A stretch of DNA of 64,000 bases from an uncultured Ruminococcus sp. (GTDB taxonomy: Bacteria > Bacillota > Clostridia > Oscillospirales > Ruminococcaceae). This document shows positions 1 through 7,378 of this stretch, piece by piece. The stretch is taken from contig CAYVSV010000001.1 in the NCBI GenBank assembly GCA_964454205.1, positions 33,924 through 97,923 on the forward strand. Reading direction: 5' to 3'. The notes beneath the pieces are model-generated. The model ran no database searches, was not told the origin of the DNA, and was given only the letters and a program-made list of their open reading frames with translations. Each line of letters begins with the position of its first letter. The stretch's first letter is position 1. Made by a program: the position numbers and the translations under genes.

Positions 1-1
1 G

Positions 2-997
2 ACTATCGTCAAGGACAGAAACACCGGGCGAATTCTCGCGGACGTTTCCGACGAGCCCGTTGTTGTGGCTCGCGGAGGAAAGGGCGGCAGAGGAAACGCG
101 CGTTTCGCCACCCCGACGCGTCAGATACCGCGGTTCTCAAAGCCCGGGTTTCCGGGGGAGAAGTTCGATGTAACGCTGGAGCTCAAGCTGTTGGCGGACG
201 TGGGTCTTGTCGGTTTCCCGAACGTCGGGAAATCCTCGCTGATAAGCGTGGTGAGCGCGGCAAAGCCCGAAATAGCAAATTATCATTTCACCACGATAAC
301 CCCTGTTCTGGGAGTGGTCAAGCGCGGCGAAAGATCGTTCGTTATGGCGGACATTCCGGGGCTTATCGAGGGCGCGAGCGAGGGCGTAGGGCTCGGACAC
401 GAGTTCCTGCGGCACGTTGAGCGCTGCCGGCTTATCGTTCACGTTGTGGACGTTTCTGGGATAGAGGGTCGAGATCCCAAGGAGGATTTCGACAAGATAA
501 ATCTCGAGCTCGCCAACTTTTCCGAGGAGCTTGCCGAGCGCCCGCAGATAGTCGCGGCGAACAAGTGCGATCTCGCGAGCGAGGAACAGATAGCGGCATT
601 CGAGGAATTCATAAAAGAGAGCGGTTTGCCGTTTTTCAGAATATCCGCGGCGACAACGGAGGGCACGGACAAGCTTATGGACGCGGTCATCGCGAAGCTG
701 GACACTCTGCCGCCCGTAAAACGCTACGAGGCTGTTCCGCTCTCGCTTGAAGAGCTTGCCGCGATAGACGAGCAGAAGCGCTCATTCACCGTCACAAAAC
801 AGGACGACGTTTATATCGTGGAAGCGGAATGGCTCGCGCCGATACTCTCCGTCGTCAATATGGAGGACTACGAGAGCCTGCAATATTTTCAGCGCGTGCT
901 GCGTTCAAGCGGCATAATCGACGAGCTGGAGCGGCAGGGAATACAAGAGGACGACGTTGTGTCGATCTTCGATTTCGAGTTCAATTATGTGAGGTAA
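2..997 (+). CDS. obgE: GTPase ObgE/CgtA (5' truncated by window edge)
   Basis: Gly-rich GGKGGRGN, LELKLLADVGLVGFPNVGKS (G1), YHFTT (G2), DIPG (G3), NKCD (G4), C-terminal OCT domain; the frame is open back to position 2. Confidence 0.97.
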   Translation, partial: TIVKDRNTGRILADVSDEPVVVARGGKGGRGNARFATPTRQIPRFSKPGFPGEKFDVTLELKLLADVGLVGFPNVGKSSLISVVSAAKPEIANYHFTTITPVLGVVKRGERSFVMADIPGLIEGASEGVGLGHEFLRHVERCRLIVHVVDVSGIEGRDPKEDFDKINLELANFSEELAERPQIVAANKCDLASEEQIAAFEEFIKESGLPFFRISAATTEGTDKLMDAVIAKLDTLPPVKRYEAVPLSLEELAAIDEQKRSFTVTKQDDVYIVEAEWLAPILSVVNMEDYESLQYFQRVLRSSGIIDELERQGIQEDDVVSIFDFEFNYVR

Positions 998-1047
998 AAG
1001 GCTATCGGCTCTGCTCCGAGCGGGAAAATTTCGGGGGTATAACATCA

Positions 1048-1749
1048 ATGGGCAGCTTTTTAAACGCTATCATAGAGCAAATGGACAGGTCTACCGCGGG
1101 CAGCGAGGAAACGGCGCGGCAAGTGCTGAAAATGTGCAAGGCAAAGCCAAAAAACGCGCTGTTTTTTGGCGACGACGTCTTTACGCCGCGGCTCATAGCC
1201 GAGGAAACGGGCGCTAAGGTGCTGGCGGCATTCGGGGAGCGCGAACGCGCCGAAAAGGCAGCGGCGCTCGGATTGAACGCGCGCACGGTCGGGGCTTATG
1301 AGATAGTTTCCGCGGAAAACGGCTGGGATATGATCTGGTTCAACGGACTTTGCGAGCCCGACGGTATTACGCGGCGGCTTGAACAGCTCCGCGAGCATCT
1401 TTCCGCTGGCGGCACGGCTGTTTTTCGGACGCTCTGCTGGCTTATCGATCCTTCCCCCGACACGAGGAGCTATATCACGCATAGATTTGGCAGGCTTGTG
1501 CCGCTTGACGAGGTGCTCAGAGAAGCTAAGGCGCAGGGGTTCTCGACAGAGGACTTCTACATCGCCCCGAAGTCCGATTGGAAAAAGCACTTCTACGATC
1601 CCATGACAGAGCTTGTCCGTAAACTCGAGGGCACGGCGGACGGCGAAGCCGAGGCGGGCATAGGCGAAATAAACAAGGAAATTTATATGTTCGAGCTCCA
1701 TAGCGAAGAATACAGCTTTGTCTATTATATTTTGAGACGTAAGGGGTAA
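1048..1749 (+). CDS. Class I SAM-dependent methyltransferase-like protein with degenerate motif I
   Basis: WDMIWFNG, LSAGGTAVF and W..FYDP...YSFVYYILRR resemble the Methyltransf_11/25 fold; GxGxG is replaced by FFGDD; start taken at ATG 1048. Confidence 0.6.
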   Translation: MGSFLNAIIEQMDRSTAGSEETARQVLKMCKAKPKNALFFGDDVFTPRLIAEETGAKVLAAFGERERAEKAAALGLNARTVGAYEIVSAENGWDMIWFNGLCEPDGITRRLEQLREHLSAGGTAVFRTLCWLIDPSPDTRSYITHRFGRLVPLDEVLREAKAQGFSTEDFYIAPKSDWKKHFYDPMTELVRKLEGTADGEAEAGIGEINKEIYMFELHSEEYSFVYYILRRKG

Positions 1750-1752
1750 GCT

Positions 1753-2151
1753 ATGACAGAAATGGAAGCGCAGGGGTACAGCCCGAACGTTCTCGCGTTC
1801 TACGGAGACAGCGTTTACGAGACAATGGTGCGCGAGCGCGTGGTGAAAAATCACCAAACGAACGCGGGCAAGCTCCACGAAATGGCGGTGCAGAGAGTTC
1901 GCGCAAGCTATCAGTCCGATGCGGTGAACGTTATAGAACCGCTGCTTACCGAAAAGGAAGCGGAAATTCTGCGGCGCGGGAGAAACGCGGGCGGGATATC
2001 CGTGCCGAAAAGCGCGAAGCCTTCCGAATACCGCCGCGCGACCGCGCTTGAAGCGCTGTTCGGCTACCTCGCTCTTACGGAGCAGAAGGAACGTATGGAA
2101 ACGCTGTTCGACGCGATATGCGAAGCGCTGCCGACGGACGGCGACATTTGA
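1753..2151 (+). CDS. mrnC: Mini-ribonuclease III
   Basis: LAFYGDSVYE, RRGRNA and EYRRATALEALFGYL motifs; 132 aa with no dsRBD. Confidence 0.93.
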   Translation: MTEMEAQGYSPNVLAFYGDSVYETMVRERVVKNHQTNAGKLHEMAVQRVRASYQSDAVNVIEPLLTEKEAEILRRGRNAGGISVPKSAKPSEYRRATALEALFGYLALTEQKERMETLFDAICEALPTDGDI

Positions 2152-2167
2152 ATAATAACGGAGGATC

Positions 2168-3034
2168 ATGAAAAAAGAACATTCATTTCATCGTTGGTTC
2201 GTTGACATAATGATAATCATTATAGCGTCCGCGGTCTATTCGTTTGGGGTGGAATGTTTCGTTTCTCCGAACAATATAGCTCCCGGCGGCGTTACGGGCA
2301 TATCCGTCATACTGTCGTCGCTTGTTCCCGTAAAGGTCGGAACTCTGATCTTCGCGCTCAATATCCCGCTGATGATCTTGGGGTTTATATTCCTCCACAA
2401 GGCGACTATGATAAAGACCCTCATTTCGGTTCTGTTTATTTCGGTGTTTACGGACGTTTTCGATATGTTTGTGCCGACATACAGCGCCGAGGGCGGAAAC
2501 GGCATTGTGGCGGCGCTGTTCGGCGGAGCGCTTATGGGGATAGGTCTGGGGCTCAACTATCAACGCGAGGGCTCGACGGGCGGCACGGATATCCTCATCA
2601 AAATGATACAGAAAGCTCGTTCCGATATGAAGATAGGCACTGTAACGGCGGTGCTGGATATTCTCGTTGTGGGGCTCGGGGCGCTCGTTTACGGAGATAT
2701 AAACGTGGTGCTGTTCGCGGTGGTGGCTATTTTCGTGCAGTCGAAGTTCATAGATTTTCTGGTGTACGGTTTGCAGGAAAGCCGCTTTCTGATGATATTT
2801 TCGGAGAACTCCCGCGAAATATCGAAAAAGCTCCTCGAACAGGAACACGGCGTTACGCTCTTCAAGGCGGAGGGCGCATACAGCGGCGAGGAGCGGCAAG
2901 TCATAGCGACGGCTGTTCAGCGAACGGCTTACAGCAAGGTGAAAAGGATAGTCCGCGAGATTGACCCGAAGGCGTTCGTTATAACAACAAGCGCGGGCGA
3001 GGTCTTTGGAGAGGGATTTTCGGAGTTGGTTTAA
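2168..3034 (+). CDS. YitT family membrane protein (DUF161/DUF2179)
   Basis: APGGVTGIS, GSTGGTDI, GVTLFKAEGAYS and IDPKAFV...EVFGEGF motifs. Confidence 0.92.
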   Translation: MKKEHSFHRWFVDIMIIIIASAVYSFGVECFVSPNNIAPGGVTGISVILSSLVPVKVGTLIFALNIPLMILGFIFLHKATMIKTLISVLFISVFTDVFDMFVPTYSAEGGNGIVAALFGGALMGIGLGLNYQREGSTGGTDILIKMIQKARSDMKIGTVTAVLDILVVGLGALVYGDINVVLFAVVAIFVQSKFIDFLVYGLQESRFLMIFSENSREISKKLLEQEHGVTLFKAEGAYSGEERQVIATAVQRTAYSKVKRIVREIDPKAFVITTSAGEVFGEGFSELV

Positions 3035-3050
3035 ACAAAAAAGCGGAGCA

Positions 3051-3140
3051 AGCCGTTGATACATCATATCGGAGCGAAGCGGAGATGTGATGTATCAACG
3101 AGGCTAGCGGGTTGCTTCGCAACCCGCGGTGCGAAGCGGA
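3051..3140. repeat. Multi-hairpin palindromic element upstream of yebC
   Basis: 17-bp stem CGTTGATACATCATATC (3054-3070) / GATGTGATGTATCAACG (3084-3100); second hairpin GCGGGTTGC-TTC-GCAACCCGC; GCGAAGCGGA occurs twice. Confidence 0.7.
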
Positions 3141-3161
3141 TTAAAATAAGGAGGAAGAATT

Positions 3162-3911
3162 ATGTCGGGACATTCAAAATGGAGCACGATCAAGCGTAAA
3201 AAGGGCGAGAAGGACGGCGCTCGCGCTAAGGTATTTACAAAGATAAGCCGTGAGATACTTGTTTGCATCAAGGAAACCGGAAGCGCAGACCCCGCGAACA
3301 ACTCGCGGCTCGCGGCGCTCGTTCAAAAGGCGAAGTCCAACAATATCCCCAACGATAACATCGACCGTCTGCTGAAAAAGGCTGCCGGCGGCGCGGAGAA
3401 GAACGATTACGAAAACTGCGTTTACGAGGGCTACGGTCCCGGCGGAGTTGCAGTTATCGTGGACTGCCTCACCGATAACCGAAACCGCACGGCGGGCGAG
3501 ATACGCCACTACTTCGACAAATTCGGCGGCAATCTCGGAACGGCGGGGTGCGTAAGCTTTATGTTCACGCTAAAAGGCGTTATCGTGCTGAACAACGAGG
3601 ACGGCGACATCGACGAGGACAAGGCGATGGAGGATATTCTCGAAAGCGGCGCGGAGGACTTCTCTTTTGAGGACGGCGTTGTGGAGATAACCACAGACCC
3701 GAACGAGGTGCAGAACGTTTCCGCGGAGCTTGCGAAGCGCGGATATGAAGTCCTTTCCGCAGAGGCGGCGCAGGTGCCGAGTACTTACACTACCCTCACC
3801 GACGAGGATCAGCTCAAGAAAATGGGCTTGATGCTCGAGACGATGGAGGACAACGACGACGTTCAGAACGTATGGCACAATTGGGACGCTCCCGAGACGG
3901 ACGATGAATAA
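3162..3911 (+). CDS. yebC: YebC/PmpR family protein
   Basis: MSGHSKWSTIKRKK, YEGYGPGGVA, TDNRNRT and DDVQNVWHN motifs. Confidence 0.97.
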   Translation: MSGHSKWSTIKRKKGEKDGARAKVFTKISREILVCIKETGSADPANNSRLAALVQKAKSNNIPNDNIDRLLKKAAGGAEKNDYENCVYEGYGPGGVAVIVDCLTDNRNRTAGEIRHYFDKFGGNLGTAGCVSFMFTLKGVIVLNNEDGDIDEDKAMEDILESGAEDFSFEDGVVEITTDPNEVQNVSAELAKRGYEVLSAEAAQVPSTYTTLTDEDQLKKMGLMLETMEDNDDVQNVWHNWDAPETDDE

Positions 3912-3925
3912 CAGAAAATAAATAA

Positions 3926-3955
3926 GCGGCAGTTCTTTTGAACTGCCGCCTTTTT
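3926..3955. terminator. Intrinsic terminator between convergent genes (likely bidirectional)
   Basis: GCGGCAGTTC-TTTT-GAACTGCCGC followed by a T-run and preceded by an A-rich stretch. Confidence 0.85.
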
Positions 3956-3978
3956 GTTATGTAACTTTAAAATCCAGA

Positions 3979-5223
3979 TCAAGCGTAAACCGCAAACAGA
4001 GCGCCGGAGCTGTATGCGTAATTCGCCGTTCTGTTGTAGTTGTACCCCATCGCGGAAGCGCTGCTTACAAGGGAGTTTATCTGGTTCGCCTTATCGGTCA
4101 CCTTCTGGAGGAATCCGCCCTCGCTGCCGAAGGAGTACTTGATGTCCCTATCGGTGAGCTTCGCGAGCTCCGCCTCGCTTGCGAGAGAGAGCTTGCCGTT
4201 TTTATCAACGTTTATGCCCGAGTGCTGGAGCGAGTATTTGTACGCCTGCGCGCCGCTCTTAAGTGTTGTAGCTCTGTTGCGTACGGAGCTGTTGTCGCTC
4301 TTGGAAGCCTCGTCTACGAAGCTGTTGTATGTATCAATAAAATCCTTGGCAACCTTTGTGTAGTCCTCGGGCTTATATACATTCTCTTCTGTTCCGAGAC
4401 CCTGTGCATAGGACTTAACGGCAGTCGCGAGCTCCTTTACCTTAGCGGCAAGCTCCTTCATCGTGCCCTTGTTGTCCTCGGTTTTGTTGCCCGACGCGCT
4501 GCCCGAAACGACCGCGCTCGCGGTAAACGTTCCGCTGCCGCCCGTGAGCGTGTTGATCTGGCTTGCCTTTTGGATGACCTTATCCGAGAAGCCGTTAGAA
4601 CCGAAAGCGGACTTGATATTGAGCGCCGTTACTTTAGAAAGATCCTTGTTCACGGTGAGCTTGTTATCAGAACCGACGGTGATACCCGCGCGTCTGAGTG
4701 CTCCGGTGTATACCTTTCCGGAATTTACCATCAAAACGCCCTTTTGCAGAACGCTCTGATTATCGGAGCTTCCGACCTTGTCTACCATAGCGTTGTAGCT
4801 GTCGACAAACGCCTGCGCCTGCTTTCTGTAAGCGTCGACGTCGAACTCCGCGCCGTATTTCAGATCGTCCGCGAAGGACTTGATGCTCTCTGCCGCGTTG
4901 CCCGCGGAAGCGGAGGCTGTCTTTATCGACTGCGCGGAAGCAACGTCGCTGTCGTCGCTGTCATCGTCCGCGATGCCGAAGATGCTCTTATAAAGATCGC
5001 TGAATTGGCTGCGGAAATTAGCGTCCTTGCCCTTGAGCTTGCTGCTCTTCAGAAGGTCTTCAAGAGTTGACTTAGCGGCGCTCTTGCTTGTGCTGCTCAA
5101 ACCGTACTTGCTGAGCCTGCTGTTCGCGTAATAAGAAGACTGCAAGCTGCTTAGCTGGTCGCCGTACTTGGTCTGCGCCTGCGCCATACTGATTTGTAAT
5201 CTGGCGGTGTTACCTACTGTCAT
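3979..5223 (-). CDS. Protein with two tandem FliD(cap)-C-terminal-like domains, probably flagellar-associated
   Basis: Two ~135-aa repeats, each F(V/I)D(S/T)YN..VD....SDN.SV...G(I)(T/N)V...KL...FGS.G...KV..KA.QIN, resembling the FliD_C core; Ser-rich N-terminus without a Sec signal. Confidence 0.6.
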   Translation of the reverse strand: MTVGNTARLQISMAQAQTKYGDQLSSLQSSYYANSRLSKYGLSSTSKSAAKSTLEDLLKSSKLKGKDANFRSQFSDLYKSIFGIADDDSDDSDVASAQSIKTASASAGNAAESIKSFADDLKYGAEFDVDAYRKQAQAFVDSYNAMVDKVGSSDNQSVLQKGVLMVNSGKVYTGALRRAGITVGSDNKLTVNKDLSKVTALNIKSAFGSNGFSDKVIQKASQINTLTGGSGTFTASAVVSGSASGNKTEDNKGTMKELAAKVKELATAVKSYAQGLGTEENVYKPEDYTKVAKDFIDTYNSFVDEASKSDNSSVRNRATTLKSGAQAYKYSLQHSGINVDKNGKLSLASEAELAKLTDRDIKYSFGSEGGFLQKVTDKANQINSLVSSASAMGYNYNRTANYAYSSGALFAVYA

Positions 5224-5264
5224 AGTTCATCAATCCTTTCCGAAAATATTTAACGGAGGCGGAA

Positions 5265-5921
5265 TCATTCCACCCCATACGTTTTGCGATACTCTTTCAT
5301 CCTGCCGACATACTCCGCGCCCGCGACAACGCCGTTTTCAAGCGCCTCGATTATGTCGTTTATCGTCACGATGGAATAGACGTTTACACCGAACTCATCG
5401 TGAACCTCCTGCACGGCGGTCTTGTTCGATTCAAGACCTCTTTCCGCGCGGTCTACCGTAATTATCATGCCCTCGATCTCGATGTTCGCCGCGCCCTTCA
5501 GCTTGGGAAGGACCTCTCTGAGAGCTTTTCCGCTTGTCATAACGTCCTCGATGATAACGACCTTCTCGCCGTCCTCAAGCGCTTTTCCGACAAACATACC
5601 GCCCTCGCCGTGGTCTTTAACTTCCTTGCGGTCGAAGCAATAATTGCAATCCAGACCGAACTTGTTGTACAGCGCCACGCAAGCCGCCGTTGCCAGCGGT
5701 ATACCCTTGTACGCGGGACCGAAAAGCGTCTGCGGCTTCAAACCGTGTTCGTTTATGCACTCCGCGTAATACTCGCCGAGCTTCGCGAGCTGCGCGCCCG
5801 TTTTGTAATTTCCGCAATTTATGAAATACGGAGCCTTGCGCCCGCTTTTCAGCGTGAACTCTCCGAAGGTGAGAACGCCGCAATCCGTCATAAATTTTAT
5901 GAAGCTCTCTTTGTAAGTCAT
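5265..5921 (-). CDS. pyrE: Orotate phosphoribosyltransferase
   Basis: FGEFTLKSGRKAPYF, FGPAYKGI, DRKEVKDHGEGG and IIEDVMTSG (PRPP-binding) motifs. Confidence 0.97.
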   Translation of the reverse strand: MTYKESFIKFMTDCGVLTFGEFTLKSGRKAPYFINCGNYKTGAQLAKLGEYYAECINEHGLKPQTLFGPAYKGIPLATAACVALYNKFGLDCNYCFDRKEVKDHGEGGMFVGKALEDGEKVVIIEDVMTSGKALREVLPKLKGAANIEIEGMIITVDRAERGLESNKTAVQEVHDEFGVNVYSIVTINDIIEALENGVVAGAEYVGRMKEYRKTYGVE

Positions 5922-5954
5922 ATAGTACTCCCTTGGATATATCTGTACAGATAC

Positions 5955-5983
5955 ATTATACCATACAGTCTCAGAAATTTCAA
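5955..5983 (-). promoter_or_regulatory. SigA promoter of pyrE
   Basis: TTGAAA-17 bp-TATAAT with TG extension on the minus strand. Confidence 0.8.
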
Positions 5984-6035
5984 GGGGGTTTCCCTATTTT
6001 TTTCAAAAAACTTTATACACGACCGAGAATTATGT

Positions 6036-6347
6036 TTACTTTCTCAGTTTGTCCGCGGTGTAGACGACCTCGGCGTATATCGCCGCGACTATCTGATACA
6101 GCTCCTTCGGGATAGTCTCGCCGGAATTGAGCATTACAAGCAGCGCGGCAACGCTGTCGTCCCGATAGATGGGAACGCCCGCCTCGTCCGCGATGTTTAC
6201 TATCCTCTGGGCAAGCTCTCCGAGACCCGAAGCTACCACCACGGGCGCGTAGTTCATATCGGGATTGTATTTTAACGCCACCGCCGCGTTCTGACCGTAA
6301 AGGCGCTTGTTGTTCGCGGGGGACATGGGGTGTTTTTGTCTGGGCAT
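6036..6347 (-). CDS. FlhB C-terminal-domain protein (YlqH/FlhX-like)
   Basis: AAVALKY...APVVVASG.G.LAQRIV.IA.E.GVPI...ETIPKELYQIVA; RBS AAGGAG ahead of ATG 6347. Confidence 0.9.
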   Translation of the reverse strand: MPRQKHPMSPANNKRLYGQNAAVALKYNPDMNYAPVVVASGLGELAQRIVNIADEAGVPIYRDDSVAALLVMLNSGETIPKELYQIVAAIYAEVVYTADKLRK

Positions 6348-6494
6348 AATTCGTGTTCTCCTTAATTTTTCTCCCACTTCTATGTAAATACACAGAACAT
6401 CAAGATTTATTTGAAAATATGCTTTGCTACTGAAACAACCATTCCTGATCCAAATATGAATCTCTACAACAGTACTTACTTCGCCTGTACCCTC

Positions 6495-7172
6495 TCATCT
6501 TCTATTATATCGCTGCTGTCTCTCTTCTCTACGACGAGCATGTTCATCATTCATACGCTGAATTCGTTCATTTCTCTCATTTCTATAACGGTTTCTCCTC
6601 TCCATTTCATCTATATGACGTGCTTGTTCATCTTTTCTGCGCTGTGCTGCTTGCTCTGCTCTTTCACCTTGCAAACGTTCTTCTTCGATGCGAAGCCTTG
6701 CCAATTCATCCTTACGGCGTTGTTCCTCCAATCTATCTGAATTACGTTCAGCGTATGTACGATTATCGGTCATCATTTTACCACCGTTTATAGCCAATGG
6801 AATACCGCACCCGGCACATATTACAAGAAAAATAGACAAAACAATTGTTGGTTTCCACGCACTTGAAATAATAAGGAAAATTATCGCTGCTAAAATAAGT
6901 CCAAGTCCAACAAATAAAATGGCGCGCCCCATTCTTTTGCGTTCTTTTATTTCATTTAAATATCTATCACGTTCAAATTCCAGTTGTCTTTCTTGCAACC
7001 TCAATTCATTTAATCTTGCCTCGTCACGAATATTTTGATTTAAGTTTATTGTTGTAGACCCATCATCAAAATACAACTGTGTACCACAAAAAGGACATGT
7101 GGAAATCTGTTTTCCTTCCTCAATTTCAATTTGACCTCCACAATTCGCGCAAATTATAGGCTTTATTTCCAT
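6495..7172 (-). CDS. AT-rich zinc-ribbon membrane protein with a charged coiled-coil tail
   Basis: CANC...CPFC zinc ribbon, two TM helices, Arg/Glu-rich C-terminus; clearly more AT-rich than its neighbours. Confidence 0.8.
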   Translation of the reverse strand: MEIKPIICANCGGQIEIEEGKQISTCPFCGTQLYFDDGSTTINLNQNIRDEARLNELRLQERQLEFERDRYLNEIKERKRMGRAILFVGLGLILAAIIFLIISSAWKPTIVLSIFLVICAGCGIPLAINGGKMMTDNRTYAERNSDRLEEQRRKDELARLRIEEERLQGERAEQAAQRRKDEQARHIDEMERRNRYRNERNERIQRMNDEHARRREERQQRYNRR

Positions 7173-7209
7173 AATAATATCACCTTTCTATATAATTAAA
7201 TTATACAAT

Positions 7210-7238
7210 ATTATATCACGTTTTGAAAGATTTGTCAA
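7210..7238 (-). promoter_or_regulatory. Consensus SigA promoter of the AT-rich gene
   Basis: TTGACA-17 bp-TATAAT with TG extension on the minus strand. Confidence 0.85.
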
Positions 7239-7331
7239 CTAAATTCACGATAAAACCTCCCATAATCCTTAAATACTGTCTTGAGCAAACATCAAATCTC
7301 TTGTGCTTTAACTATTGAGGATACATGAGAT

Positions 7332-7366
7332 TTTTGTTTTCCCCGCCGGAGGCGGGGAAAACAAAA
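7332..7366. repeat. REP-like palindrome copy
   Basis: TTTTGTTTTCCCCGCC-GGA-GGCGGGGAAAACAAAA (16-bp perfect stem). Confidence 0.85.
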
Positions 7367-7378
7367 GACCAATATATC

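Noticed and set aside
829-1047. Upstream ORF extensions in the track (829, 10306, 33451, 59898 and others)
   Set aside because: They overlap neighbouring genes or promoters. Downstream starts have a better RBS or a family-consistent N-terminus.
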